Counted from the stretch's first letter, positions 44,023 to 54,417 are shown. The stretch: DNA of 64,000 nucleotides from Polyangiaceae bacterium (GCA_965222375.1 CBDCTZ010000016.1:2784001-2848000); one strand, 5' to 3'. Translations and numbers: made by a program. The notes: generated by a model not told the origin, from the letters alone.

Positions 44023-44254
44023 GCGGAATCCATCAACGAACGCGCAGGAATTTGCGCGAGGGGCGAATGTTCTACGCGCATGACGCATCAGACTTTCCGG
44101 CCCGCGGACCAGACGATGTGTACGCGAAATCCCCAGCGTTTTTGTGAGCAGCCGCTGCATGAATCGCGCATGGACGCGAAGCGTCAACGTGACACGACGC
44201 GTCGCAATTTTTCCTTTTCTCGCGCCTTGACACTAGGCTGCGCCGGTCGCACCC

Positions 44255-44881
44255 TTGGTGACGCTTCGGGGGGAAATACACGTCGGGGGATCGAACTCCG
44301 GCCTTGACTCAAAAAGTCGAGCGAACGGGAATGGTGTGGTGCTCCTGAGAGTTGATGCCAACACACAAAGCAAAGAGAAAAAGTTGGGTACGAAAGAAGT
44401 AGCACTGGTGATCATGGAGCGAGGCGCCCGCTGGCCGGCGGATGTCGCGGAGCTCCAAGCTCGGATCTCGCGCGCCGTCGTGGATGCGCAGCAGCCCGAT
44501 GAGTCGCCGAAAGTTTTTGCGTCGCGCATCGTCAAGCGAATTCAAAAGATCGTTGACGGTGGTGAGCTGCCTGTTCGCGTAGTCCTGTCGACGACTGAAA
44601 CCCATTGCCCTGATTGCGCTGCTGCGCGTTACAAGATCGCCCGAGCTGCCTTGGCGGCCATGGCAACTCATAGCAAGGGACAGTTGGTACTGTTTTCGGA
44701 TCATTCGGTTTCGGACGACATCAAGCACGAGCTCTTCGCGTTTGCGGGCGCTCTGTGTGAGGGCCTGTCCGGGAGCGACGTCGGGGTGAACGTTCGTTTT
44801 TCCGCCCCCACGGCCAAGAGTGGCACCCACTCGGTGCGTCCAGAGGCACTGAGCGAGCCGCCCTCGGCCGAGCTCGCCTGA
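44255..44881 (+). CDS. Hypothetical protein (start uncertain)
   Basis: Isolated ORF with globular composition; no motif recognised. Confidence 0.55.
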   Translation: MVTLRGEIHVGGSNSGLDSKSRANGNGVVLLRVDANTQSKEKKLGTKEVALVIMERGARWPADVAELQARISRAVVDAQQPDESPKVFASRIVKRIQKIVDGGELPVRVVLSTTETHCPDCAAARYKIARAALAAMATHSKGQLVLFSDHSVSDDIKHELFAFAGALCEGLSGSDVGVNVRFSAPTAKSGTHSVRPEALSEPPSAELA

Positions 44882-45111
44882 GGTCGAGCCCTCTGGCGCC
44901 TCATGTGCGGGCGCGTCTGTATGGTCATGGTCCCACTGCTGCGACCGCCAGACGCTCAGCCTATAAGTGCGTGGACGCCCGCTTGGAGCCCGAGAATGCT
45001 TTGCACCCTTGGAGGAGCGCGTTCATCCAAAGTCGCCCTCGGTGGCCGGCCGTTCCGCTGGTGCCCACTGGAGCCAGCGTCGCCTGAACGTCCCGGAGCG
45101 CTGCTGCCACC

Positions 45112-45140
45112 TTGACACGCCGCGTCATGGTGCTTAACCA
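45112..45140 (+). promoter_or_regulatory. Putative sigma70 promoter for fadIJ (TTGACA-N17-TAACCA)
   Basis: Consensus -35 box with 17-bp spacer, ~80 bp upstream of ATG 45219. Confidence 0.4.
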
Positions 45141-45218
45141 GTGTCCACCCGCGGGCTGCGCGCCCGCGTTTCCAAGTTGCGCGCCCCTAGAGCGGCGCGC
45201 CGAAGGGAGCCGAGTTTC

Positions 45219-46511
45219 ATGGGTAAGAAGAATGGTCGCCGCGTTGCGGTGGTGGCAGGGCTCAGGACGCCCTTCGCCAAGTCCGGCACTGCGTACAAGA
45301 AGCTTTCTGCGTTGGATCTCGGCAAGTACGTCGTCGCCGAGTTGCTCGAGCGCAGCGACGTCAAACCCGAGGAAGTGCAGCAGGTCGTCTACGGCCAAGT
45401 CGTACCTTCTTTGACCGCGCCTAACATCGCCCGGGAGATCGTGCTCTCGACCGGCATGCCCCGTGAGATCGAGGCCTACAGCGTGTCTCGTGCCTGCGCG
45501 ACCAGCTACCAATCGACGGTCAACGTGGCGGAAGCCATCATGGCGGGCGCGATTGACTGCGGTATCGCGGGCGGCGCGGACAGCGCCAGCGACGTTCCCA
45601 TCGCCGTGAGCAAGAAGCTGGCTGAAGCCCTGATTGCCGCAAGCCGAGCGCGAAGCCTGGGCCAGCGCCTCAAGGCGTTCAGCAAGTTGAGTCCCAAGGA
45701 CCTCGTGCCAGTGCCGCCAGCGCTCAAAGAGCCCAGCACGGGGCTGACCATGGGCGAGAGCGCCGAAAAGATGGCGAAGGAAAACGGTATCTCCCGCAAA
45801 GCCCAAGACGAGTTGGCGCACCGCAGTCATTCCTTGGCCGCGGCGGCATGGGCGGATGGTCGCTTCGAGCAAGAGGTGATGCACGTCTTCGTTCCCCCCG
45901 CCTTCGAGGCCTTCGCTGAAGACAACCTGGTTCGAAAAGACAGCGAAGTGGAGAGCTACGAAAAGTTGCGACCGGCATTCGATCGCAAGCACGGCACCAT
46001 TACTGCCGGAAACAGTTCGCCGCTCACGGATGGTGCCAGCGCCGTGCTCTTGATGAGCGAGGAGAAGGCCAAGGCGGATGGCTTCGACGTGCTCGGTTTC
46101 ATCCGCTCCTACGCCTTCGCCGCGCTCGATCCGGCGGGCCAAATGTTGATGGGCCCGAGTCACGCCACGCCGGTGGCCCTCGATCGCGCCGGAGTGAAGC
46201 TCAAAGACGTTGGGCTCGTGGACATGCACGAGGCCTTCGCGGCGCAAGTCTTGAGCAATACCCAGGCGTTCGAGAGTGAGTCCTGGTCCAAGGAGAACTT
46301 GGGTCGCTCCAAGCGCATCGGGGAGATCAACTGGGACAAGTTCAACGTGACCGGTGGGAGCATTGCCATCGGCCATCCCTTTGCTGCGACTGGCGCGCGG
46401 CAGATCACGCAAACTCTCAATGAGCTACGGCGCCGCGGTGACGAGCTCGCGCTGTGCACCGCCTGTGCGGCGGGCGGCTTGGGTGCGGCAATGGTTTTGG
46501 AGGCAGAGTGA
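45219..46511 (+). CDS. fadI: Acetyl-CoA C-acyltransferase (3-ketoacyl-CoA thiolase)
   Basis: [43 protein letters not shown]. Confidence 0.93.
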   Translation: MGKKNGRRVAVVAGLRTPFAKSGTAYKKLSALDLGKYVVAELLERSDVKPEEVQQVVYGQVVPSLTAPNIAREIVLSTGMPREIEAYSVSRACATSYQSTVNVAEAIMAGAIDCGIAGGADSASDVPIAVSKKLAEALIAASRARSLGQRLKAFSKLSPKDLVPVPPALKEPSTGLTMGESAEKMAKENGISRKAQDELAHRSHSLAAAAWADGRFEQEVMHVFVPPAFEAFAEDNLVRKDSEVESYEKLRPAFDRKHGTITAGNSSPLTDGASAVLLMSEEKAKADGFDVLGFIRSYAFAALDPAGQMLMGPSHATPVALDRAGVKLKDVGLVDMHEAFAAQVLSNTQAFESESWSKENLGRSKRIGEINWDKFNVTGGSIAIGHPFAATGARQITQTLNELRRRGDELALCTACAAGGLGAAMVLEAE

Positions 46512-48763
46512 TGGGCACGAAGAAGAGCGGCAACGGAAACGGCAAACACACATCCGCGCTCAGCGTGGAAAGGCGCCCGGATGGCGTGGCCGTGGTGCGC
46601 ATGGACGTGCCTGGCGAGACCATGAACACCTTGCAGCAGAGCTTCGGTGAGGAGTTCGGTCGCGTTTTCGAGGAGCTGGATCAGTCCAGTGATGTGCGGG
46701 CGATCGTGTTCACCAGTGGCAAGCCCGACTCGTTCATTGCGGGTGCTGATGTAAAGATGTTGGGCGGCGTACGCACTGCCCACGACGCCCGGGAACTCTC
46801 CCGCGCCGGCCAGCGCGGCATGGACCGGCTGGAGGCGTTTCGTCTGCCCGTGGTCGCAGCCATTCACGGGGCTTGCCTGGGTGGCGGGCTCGAAGTTGCG
46901 TTGGCCTGTCATGCCCGCGTCGCCAGCACCAGCAAGAAGACCAAGCTCGGCCTGCCCGAAGTGCAGCTAGGGCTCTTGCCCGGTGCGGGCGGCACTCAGC
47001 GCCTGCCCCGCTTGGTCGGCATCCAGGCAGCCCTCGACCTGATACTCACCGGCAAGCAAATCGACTCGAAGCGTGCCAGGAAAATGGGTCTGGTCGACGA
47101 AGTCGTTCCGGAATCGATCCTGCTCGAGGTCGCGTGCCAACGCGCCCTCGCCTTGGCCGAGGCGAAGGGCGGCGACAAGGCGCGGGGCGGTTTCGATACC
47201 TCCAAGCTCGCGGACAAGCTGCTTGCTGAGACTTCCCTCGGTCGCAAGTTCCTCTTCGACCAAGCCAAGAAGAAGCTCTTGGAAAAGACTCGGGGCAACT
47301 ACCCGGCGCCGGAGCGCATTCTCGAAGTCATCAAGGCGGGGTTGGAAAAGGGAATGGCTCGCGGCCTCGAGGCTGAAGCCGAAGCGTTCGGGGAACTCGT
47401 CGTCAGCCCCGAAGCGGCACAGCTGATGAACATATTCTTCGCCACCACCGAACTGAAGAAGGATTCCGGCGTCGACAACCCCAAGGTGAAACCACGTCCG
47501 GTGGAAAAAGTCGGCATGCTTGGCGCGGGTCTGATGGGCGCGGGCATTGCGTACATCACGAGTGCGATTGCCAAGACACCAGTGCGCTTGAAGGATCGCG
47601 ACGACAAGGGTCTCGCCGCCGGTGTGAAGTACGTCAGTGACATCGTGGAAACGCGCTACAAGCGCAGGCGGATCAGCGCCAATGACCGGGACGTCATCAT
47701 GGCTCGGGTCACGCCGACCACGGACTACAGCGGCTTCAAAGATGCAGAGATCGTGATCGAAGCCGTGTTCGAAGATCTCGACCTGAAGTGCAAGATGATC
47801 GCGGACATCGAGGCCCAGGGGCACCCCGAAGCTATTTTTGCCTCGAACACCTCGAGCATCCCGATCACACAGATCGCCGAAGGAGCCGCTCACCCGGAAC
47901 GCGTGATCGGCATGCACTACTTCTCACCGGTTCACAAAATGCCGTTGCTCGAAATCATCGTGACGGACAAGACCGCGGACTGGGTGACGGCGACTTGTGT
48001 GGAGTTAGGCAAGAAGCAGGGCAAGACTGTGATCGTCGTCAATGACGGCGTTGGGTTCTATACGTCGCGCATCCTGGCTCCGTACATGAACGAGGCAGCG
48101 TACTTGCTTGCCGACGGAGTGCCTGTGGAGCGGCTCGACGGCGCGCTCATGGATTGGGGGTTCCCGGTTGGGCCCATCACGCTGTTGGATGAAGTGGGCA
48201 TCGACGTTGGCGAGAAGGTCGGCAAGATCATGTTGGATGCCTTCGGGGATCGCATGATTCCGCCGCAAGGAATGGAGAAGCTGGTCGCCGACAAGCGTTT
48301 CGGTCGCAAGAACGGACGCGGCTTCTATCGCTACGACACCAAGAAGAAGGGTAAGAAGCAGGTCGATACCAGCGTCTACGACGTGCTTGGCGTCGATCCG
48401 AAGACGGACTTTCCGTCCCATGAAGTGGCGGAACGCTGCGCCCTGCAAATGGTGAACGAGGCGGCGCTGTGTTTCGGCGAAGGCATTTTGCGAAGCGCCC
48501 GAGACGGCGACATCGGTGCAATCTTCGGATTAGGGTTCGCCCCGTTCCGTGGCGGCCCATTCCGCTACGTGGACACGGTGGGTGTGCTCGAAGTGGTGCG
48601 ACGTTTGGAGAAGTACGAAAAGAAGTTCGGCCGGCGTTTCGCCCCGGCGCCCATCTTGGTTGAAATGGCCCAGAGCGGCCTCACCTTCCACGGCGAGCGC
48701 CGGGTCAAACCTGGCGTTGTCGGCCAAAACACCGTGGCCGGTGCCGCACGCATGCGCGTCTAG
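46511..48763 (+). CDS. fadJ: Fatty acid oxidation complex alpha subunit
   Basis: Hydratase domain FIAGAD, CLGGGLE, PEVQLG; dehydrogenase domain GAGLMG, EAVFED, SNTS, GMHYFSPV. Translationally coupled to fadI. Confidence 0.93.
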   Translation: MGTKKSGNGNGKHTSALSVERRPDGVAVVRMDVPGETMNTLQQSFGEEFGRVFEELDQSSDVRAIVFTSGKPDSFIAGADVKMLGGVRTAHDARELSRAGQRGMDRLEAFRLPVVAAIHGACLGGGLEVALACHARVASTSKKTKLGLPEVQLGLLPGAGGTQRLPRLVGIQAALDLILTGKQIDSKRARKMGLVDEVVPESILLEVACQRALALAEAKGGDKARGGFDTSKLADKLLAETSLGRKFLFDQAKKKLLEKTRGNYPAPERILEVIKAGLEKGMARGLEAEAEAFGELVVSPEAAQLMNIFFATTELKKDSGVDNPKVKPRPVEKVGMLGAGLMGAGIAYITSAIAKTPVRLKDRDDKGLAAGVKYVSDIVETRYKRRRISANDRDVIMARVTPTTDYSGFKDAEIVIEAVFEDLDLKCKMIADIEAQGHPEAIFASNTSSIPITQIAEGAAHPERVIGMHYFSPVHKMPLLEIIVTDKTADWVTATCVELGKKQGKTVIVVNDGVGFYTSRILAPYMNEAAYLLADGVPVERLDGALMDWGFPVGPITLLDEVGIDVGEKVGKIMLDAFGDRMIPPQGMEKLVADKRFGRKNGRGFYRYDTKKKGKKQVDTSVYDVLGVDPKTDFPSHEVAERCALQMVNEAALCFGEGILRSARDGDIGAIFGLGFAPFRGGPFRYVDTVGVLEVVRRLEKYEKKFGRRFAPAPILVEMAQSGLTFHGERRVKPGVVGQNTVAGAARMRV

Positions 48764-50447
48764 AGACCCGATCAAATTCTAGCGGCGGCGTCGAAATACA
48801 AAGCAAGTTCGATCGCTTAGAAGCCAGGATCGACGCGCCGGGCGTGTAGTGATCAAACGGGGTCAGGAGGACCCCATGGAGATCTGGAAGGCGCCGGTCG
48901 AGCTGTCGCGTGGTGAGAAGTTCATCGCAAAGCGATGTGCGAAACGCAGAGTATTCGTATTCCTGCGCGAGCTGCGACATAGGATTTTTGACGAAGAGAT
49001 GCAGGCGAAGCTGACGGAGGCATATTCGCCCGTGGAGCGGGGGCGTGGTCGCGTCCCGCCTGCTCAACTCGGCCTTGCGATGTTGCTGCAGGCCGCGCTG
49101 CGTGTGCCCGACCACGAGGTGGTTGAGCTTACGTTGATGGATCGCCGCTGGCAAATGGTGCTCAACTGTGCGGGAATCGAAGTGCCGCTCTTCTCGCAAG
49201 GCACGTTTTACAACTTTCGCCAGCGCGTCATTGCGCATGGGCTCGACGAGCTGCTCTTCAACAAGACGGTCGAACTCGCACGCGAGACGGGCGGATTCAG
49301 TGCAACGCACCTGCGTGCTGCATTCGACGCCAGCCCACTATGGGGCGCGGGTCGCGTCGAGGACACCTTCAATCTCATCGGGCGCGCCTCGCTACACGTC
49401 GTTCGCACGGCAGCGCGGCGGCTCGGTCAACCCGTCGACAAGGTCGCGGCTGCTGCGGGGATCCCAGTACTCAACGCCACCAGCATCAAGACAGGGCTCG
49501 ACATCGACTGGGACGACCCTGGGGCGCGCACCAAGGCGCTCGGTCGACTGCTCAAGCAGGTACAGTCACTCGGCCGCTTTCTCGAAAAAGAGCTGACGAA
49601 ACCGCTGAAAGAAGCGCCGCTGGCCGGGCAGTGGGCACTGGTGGAAAAGCTCGTCTCGCAGGACACCGAGCCCGATCCAGACGGGGACGGAGGGAGCCGG
49701 ATCACACGCGGCGTGGCGAAGGACCGACGCATTAGCGTGAGTGACCCCGACATGCGTCATGGCCGCAAGAGCAAGAAGAAACGCATCGACGGCTACAAGC
49801 GACACATCGCGATACAGCTCGATACGCCCGGCATCATCTGCGCCGTCGCGATCACCCCCGCGAATCGTCCTGAACGTGTCGCTTCGGCAGAATTACTCGA
49901 ACAGTGCGGCTCCGTTTCAGAACTCTACATCGATCGAGGCTACCTTGGCGACGATGCGATCGAATCCCGTCGCGCCGAAGGAACAGAGGTTTTCTGCAAA
50001 CCGTTTCCGTTGCGCAACGGCGGGCGCTTCACCAAGGCCGATTTCAAGCTCGATCTGGCTGCGGGAATCGCCCGTTGTCCCGAAGGCGTTGCGGTTAAAG
50101 CGAGCGCTGGCTCCGTCGCTCGCTTCCCAGCTGCCCGCTGCGATGTATGTCGCAGCCGCGACGACTGCACGCGCGCCGCCCCGGGGCGTGGCCGCAGCGT
50201 CACGCTACACCCCCATGAGCCCTTCCACATCCAGCTGCGCGAAAACGCCCGCACGCGCGAAGGCCGCGCCCGCCTTCGCAAGCGTACTGCCGTCGAACAC
50301 AGCCTCGCGACCCTGCATAACCGCCAAGGCGACCGTGCTCGCTACCGTGGTCAGCGCAACAACCTCTTCGACCTCCGCCGGCACGCTGCTCTCAGCAACC
50401 TGAGCGTTATCGATCAGTTGCGAGTTGCCGCTTAAGTGGTCAGGCCC
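48764..50447 (+). mobile_element. IS1182/IS5-like insertion sequence
   Basis: Flanked by CTAG at 48760-48763 and 50448-50451. Weak terminal IRs (AGACCCGATCA.../...TGGTCAGGCCC). Single transposase inside. Confidence 0.75.
48876..50435 (+). CDS. IS1182-family DDE transposase
   Basis: FDASP, DPDMRHGRKS..RIDGYKRH, YIDRGY, Cys cluster, R.AVEH. GGAGG precedes ATG 48876. Confidence 0.88.
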   Translation: MEIWKAPVELSRGEKFIAKRCAKRRVFVFLRELRHRIFDEEMQAKLTEAYSPVERGRGRVPPAQLGLAMLLQAALRVPDHEVVELTLMDRRWQMVLNCAGIEVPLFSQGTFYNFRQRVIAHGLDELLFNKTVELARETGGFSATHLRAAFDASPLWGAGRVEDTFNLIGRASLHVVRTAARRLGQPVDKVAAAAGIPVLNATSIKTGLDIDWDDPGARTKALGRLLKQVQSLGRFLEKELTKPLKEAPLAGQWALVEKLVSQDTEPDPDGDGGSRITRGVAKDRRISVSDPDMRHGRKSKKKRIDGYKRHIAIQLDTPGIICAVAITPANRPERVASAELLEQCGSVSELYIDRGYLGDDAIESRRAEGTEVFCKPFPLRNGGRFTKADFKLDLAAGIARCPEGVAVKASAGSVARFPAARCDVCRSRDDCTRAAPGRGRSVTLHPHEPFHIQLRENARTREGRARLRKRTAVEHSLATLHNRQGDRARYRGQRNNLFDLRRHAALSNLSVIDQLRVAA

Positions 50448-50460
50448 CTAGGCACGCCCA

Positions 50461-51102
50461 CTACATCGAGCTCTTCGCGCCCGTGAGGCCGAAGGCCTCG
50501 AGTTCCATCTTGTGCTTCTCTCCGACGGTTTCTGACTTGACCAGCCCCGTGATCGGCACCCACGGGTGCACGAAGGTCCGGTTCTTCGCGGTGATTTGCG
50601 AAACCGATGTGGTTCGAACGTCCTCGTAGCAGCCCTTGAAGGTGCCTGCCGGCACGGTGACGTCCTTCTGCGGAAGCCCGGCCATCTTGGGCAGCAAGGT
50701 CCCGCTGATGGCTTTGCGGAAGCCGTCCTTGTGCTTCTCGAAATCCTTGCCACGGGATTCCTTGATTTCCCCATTGGGTGAACGTACCCGGCCTGCGAGC
50801 AGTTCCGCGTCTTGTGCGCTTCCTGTCTTCATCAACAGTTGGATCACCGTGCCCGTGCCGTCACCGCTCGCGACTTCGATCCAGAAGGCACCACTTTCCT
50901 TACCGATCACCTGGTAGCGGATGGTGGACTGACTGCCGTCTTCTCTAGTGACGCGGTGCTTCGTCCACTGGCCGACGGCCAACGGAATCAGGGCCTTGGC
51001 GTTGCTTGGAGCCGCGCTGGCAGCAGGGGAGGGCGCCTCTTCACTCTTCGAAGTAGGGCAACCCGCCAAGCAGAGAGACAGGAGGACTGCGCAGCGTTTC
51101 AC
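50461..51102 (-). CDS. Hypothetical lipoprotein (TVPAGTF-type)
   Basis: MKRCAVLLSLCLAGC lipobox from GTG 51102; PLAVGQW, VTVPAGTF, GLVK. Confidence 0.7.
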   Translation of the reverse strand: MKRCAVLLSLCLAGCPTSKSEEAPSPAASAAPSNAKALIPLAVGQWTKHRVTREDGSQSTIRYQVIGKESGAFWIEVASGDGTGTVIQLLMKTGSAQDAELLAGRVRSPNGEIKESRGKDFEKHKDGFRKAISGTLLPKMAGLPQKDVTVPAGTFKGCYEDVRTTSVSQITAKNRTFVHPWVPITGLVKSETVGEKHKMELEAFGLTGAKSSM

Positions 51103-51200
51103 CGGCGGCAGGCTAGCATGATCGCGACTAGTTGCGACTCGCGAGATTGCGGAGCAGGATCCTGTGGACTGGAGCATTTGTGACCTAGCGAGGTACAGCC

Positions 51201-52346
51201 GTGGATCGAATTATCTTCTCGGAGGAACATGACCTGTTCCGCAAATCATTCCGCCAGTTCGTTCAGCGTGAGGTCGTTCCCAATCAAGAGCGCTGGAACG
51301 AAAACGGCAGCGTGGACCGTGAGACCTGGTCCAAGGCGGGGCAAGGTGGCTTTCTCTGTCCCTGGCTCGAGGAGGAGCACGGTGGGCCCGGTGGCGACTT
51401 GTTGCATTCGGCCGTGGTTATCGAGGAGTTGGCGTATGCCTACGAGTCCGGCTTTGCCATGTCGCTGCACTCGGACATCGTGGTGCCCTACATCCACGAG
51501 TTCGGCAATGACGCCCAGCGCAAGCGTTGGCTGCCCGGCTGTGCTTCCGGCGAGATAGTGACGGCCATCGCCATGACGGAGCCAGGGACAGGCTCCGACC
51601 TGGCCGGTATCGCGACTACGGCGAAGCGAGACGGCGACCACTATGTGCTCAACGGCTCGAAGACCTTCATATCCAACGGCATCCTCTGCGACCTGGTGAT
51701 CATCGCTGCCAAGACCGACCCGGACCCCAAAAACGCCCACCGCGGTATCTCCCTGCTCGTCGTGGAGTCCGGCACGTCGGGATTCTCCAAGGGCAAGAAG
51801 CTCAAGAAGATGGGTATGCCATCCCAGGACACATCGGAGCTGCACTTCGAAGATTGCCGGGTGCCCGTCGCGAACCGGCTCAGCGAAGAAGGCGCCGGCT
51901 TCATGATGCTGATGCAGAAGCTGGCGCAAGAGCGTCTCGTTGTCGCGGCCGCATCCCAAGCCAGCGCTGAGCAGGTGCTGGAGGACACACTGACCTACGT
52001 CAAGGAGCGCAAGGCCTTCGGAAAGCCCATCGGCAGCTTTCAGAACACGAAGTTCAAGTTGGCGGAGTGCGCCGCGGACGTGGAGGTGGGGCGGGCGTTT
52101 TTGGATCGGCTGCTGTCCGAGCACATGCGTGACAGCAAGATGGTCAAGGAGTGCTCCATGGCCAAGCTCTGGCACACGGAGATGCTGTCGCGAGTCGTGG
52201 ACAGCTGTCTCCAGTTCTTCGGTGGTTATGGCTACATGCTCGAGTACCCCGTGACCCGGGCGTACATGGATGCCCGAGTCGCTCGTATCTACGCGGGAAC
52301 CAACGAGATCATGAAGATCATCATCGCCAAACAGCTGGGCCTGTAG
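51201..52346 (+). CDS. Acyl-CoA dehydrogenase (long-chain type)
   Basis: AMTEPGTGSD, LNGSKTFISNG, R.AFGKPI..FQN, GGYGYMLEY, IYAGTNEIMK. Confidence 0.93.
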   Translation: MDRIIFSEEHDLFRKSFRQFVQREVVPNQERWNENGSVDRETWSKAGQGGFLCPWLEEEHGGPGGDLLHSAVVIEELAYAYESGFAMSLHSDIVVPYIHEFGNDAQRKRWLPGCASGEIVTAIAMTEPGTGSDLAGIATTAKRDGDHYVLNGSKTFISNGILCDLVIIAAKTDPDPKNAHRGISLLVVESGTSGFSKGKKLKKMGMPSQDTSELHFEDCRVPVANRLSEEGAGFMMLMQKLAQERLVVAAASQASAEQVLEDTLTYVKERKAFGKPIGSFQNTKFKLAECAADVEVGRAFLDRLLSEHMRDSKMVKECSMAKLWHTEMLSRVVDSCLQFFGGYGYMLEYPVTRAYMDARVARIYAGTNEIMKIIIAKQLGL

Positions 52347-52411
52347 GCTGCGCTGGTAGCCCGTTCAGGTGCCGCGGCCGGACCCAAGGCTAGCCCCTGC
52401 TGGCTTGTCTG

Positions 52412-53128
52412 ATGGCCACTGATCGCGCAACTCATGCACGAAGGGGCTGGCTCTACATGGCGCACCGCAGTGACGACTCCATGCTGTTTTCCTTCAAGGG
52501 TCTCTTCGACCTAGAGGGGCAGCACGACCAGCTCGAAGAGGCTGCACGCATACGCCAAGCCGAGGTTGGTCGACTCGAACTCGAGCAGCGAAAGCGTTTG
52601 GCGGAGGAAGCCCGACTCGGCTGGCTGAAGGCCGAGGAAGAAACACGACGTCAATACGAGTTGCGCGCTCGGGAACAGGAGGTGCGGCTGAGCGCCCTGA
52701 AACTGGCCGCCGTCGAACGCGCGCGAATCCAGGCAGAGAGCGATGCTCGGTTGGCAGAACTCGAGCAGGAGCAGGCGCATCAAACCCGCGTCAAGACGTT
52801 GGTCGAGAGTAGCCGTTTGCGTAGTGCGCGGCGTTTTGCCGCGACTACCACCGCTCTGTGGTTGCTCACCCTGGCTGCTGTAGCCGCGCTGTACTTCGGC
52901 AAGTTGAGTCCGGAGAACGCTCGCCTCCAGAGCGCCTACGATCGACTCGTCAAGGCCGAGCGAGCCCGCAGCGCCGAAGCAACGCGATTGCTTTCCCAAG
53001 CGGAAGCTCGGCGCCTGGCCCTAGCCAAAGAAAACCGACGCCTGCGTGCCCAGCAATCTGCGCGCAGCGACGAGGCCAAGCCCGAAACCAGATCCGACCC
53101 TGAGAAATCAGTGGCTGAAACCAAGTAG
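52412..53128 (+). CDS. Hypothetical coiled-coil membrane protein
   Basis: E/R/A-rich helices flanking one TM segment. Confidence 0.6.
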   Translation: MATDRATHARRGWLYMAHRSDDSMLFSFKGLFDLEGQHDQLEEAARIRQAEVGRLELEQRKRLAEEARLGWLKAEEETRRQYELRAREQEVRLSALKLAAVERARIQAESDARLAELEQEQAHQTRVKTLVESSRLRSARRFAATTTALWLLTLAAVAALYFGKLSPENARLQSAYDRLVKAERARSAEATRLLSQAEARRLALAKENRRLRAQQSARSDEAKPETRSDPEKSVAETK

Positions 53129-53151
53129 TCGCCGCTTCAGGCGCACTCAGT

Positions 53152-54417
53152 TCAGTCGCTGTCTCCGGTGGAACCTTTGCTCGCGTCGCTGACGCCAGCG
53201 TCCCTTGCCAAGGGCTGTGCCTCGAAGGAGGTCATTTGGGGACCGAGTTTGTCTTCGCAAACGTCGATGTGATCAGCCAGGCTAGAGAGACGAGCTTCGA
53301 CACCTTCGACGGATCGCTGACCGAGCACCGGTGCGAGGGCATCCTGGGACAAGGACTTGGCTAGTTGTGTCGACAGAACTTGCCGCCCGCGTCGCGCGCG
53401 GACTGCGATGACCGTCGCTTTGCGGAAGCGGCAGTTCGCGGTCAGCCGCTTGTTCATCTGAGACTTCCCGCGCCAGGGGTTGAAGCCTGCCGCTTGGTCC
53501 AAGAAGATCAAGGGGCCCCCACTGCCTAGGCTGAGCACGTTGCCGCCGCTCCAACGGTCCGTGTTGTGAATCAGGTGGTCAAAGACCAACATGTCTGACC
53601 ACTCGGGTAGCCGCTCCGCAACGGCCCGGCGCAGCGGTTGGGCTGTGTCGAGGCCATCCGTGAAGTCCTGGGGCGGCGCAGCGGAAACCAGGCGGCCTCG
53701 GTGCCACGCGATCAACGCTCCATACACGCCTCCATCGTGATCGAGCACTTCGTCGTCAAAGCGTGTCAGCCACTGTTCGTCGGCGCCGCTATGCACCAAA
53801 TGTGCGCGTAGCAGCCTACGTTCGATAATGCGCCCCGCCACGACGGCAACGCGCCCGAATCCCAAGAGCCGATCGAGATGGTAGGCCCCGATTTCGGCGC
53901 GAAACCCCGCCTTCCACTTCTTCTGCTCGGGCTTGAATAGAGCCCGATGACCGTCTTCGAACTTCACCCGCAGGGTCACGCTAGAGCCCCCGGCGTTGGC
54001 TTTGACCACAGTGATCGCACCCAACCTCAGGCGCGCCAGCCACGCTGCATCCCCCTCGGGCTGGATCGGCCCTGCCCAGCCCGTGTGGGGCGCCACCGGG
54101 CTCGGGGGCTGCGGAGCTTTGGCCTTTCGCGACCTCTCGGTGATGGGCGGAGGCGGTGCGGCATCAGAAGCATCCGCCACGGATGACGACGGGAGCGCTG
54201 ACGCGGATGCTGCTGCCTTGGGTTGAGCCGGTGGCTGCTTTTTCGCCGGCGCTGAACGGGTCGCGGGGGCCGAGGGCTGCGCCTTGCGGGCGTCGTCCTG
54301 GTCGCAGGCGGTTGCGAGCAGCGCGCATGAGCACAGGAAAGCGGCGGGCTTGGCGATCCATTTGGCGCCCCGCCGGAGTATGCTGCGGGCAGTCGTGCGG
54401 ATTCCTGTCTTGGTCAT
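53152..54417 (-). CDS. Fam20/Four-jointed-like atypical kinase, predicted lipoprotein
   Basis: LLATAC lipobox and Pro/Ala linker, then GGSS..ALFKP, AEIGAYHLDRLLGF.RV..VAGR, DMLVFDHLIHNTDR, LIFLDQAAGF, CRFRKAT, SLSQD.LAPVL. Start uncertain. Confidence 0.75.
   Translation of the reverse strand: MTKTGIRTTARSILRRGAKWIAKPAAFLCSCALLATACDQDDARKAQPSAPATRSAPAKKQPPAQPKAAASASALPSSSVADASDAAPPPPITERSRKAKAPQPPSPVAPHTGWAGPIQPEGDAAWLARLRLGAITVVKANAGGSSVTLRVKFEDGHRALFKPEQKKWKAGFRAEIGAYHLDRLLGFGRVAVVAGRIIERRLLRAHLVHSGADEQWLTRFDDEVLDHDGGVYGALIAWHRGRLVSAAPPQDFTDGLDTAQPLRRAVAERLPEWSDMLVFDHLIHNTDRWSGGNVLSLGSGGPLIFLDQAAGFNPWRGKSQMNKRLTANCRFRKATVIAVRARRGRQVLSTQLAKSLSQDALAPVLGQRSVEGVEARLSSLADHIDVCEDKLGPQMTSFEAQPLARDAGVSDASKGSTGDSD

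Noticed and set aside
44961..46412. Long antisense or alternate-frame ORFs (this one, 8647-9816, 21668-23131, 31048-32325 and similar)
   Set aside because: Shadow ORFs expected in high-GC DNA overlapping well-supported genes.
53179..53195. Near match to the CTGAC-N6-GTCAG operator
   Set aside because: It lies inside the 3' end of a coding sequence and has a broken half-site.
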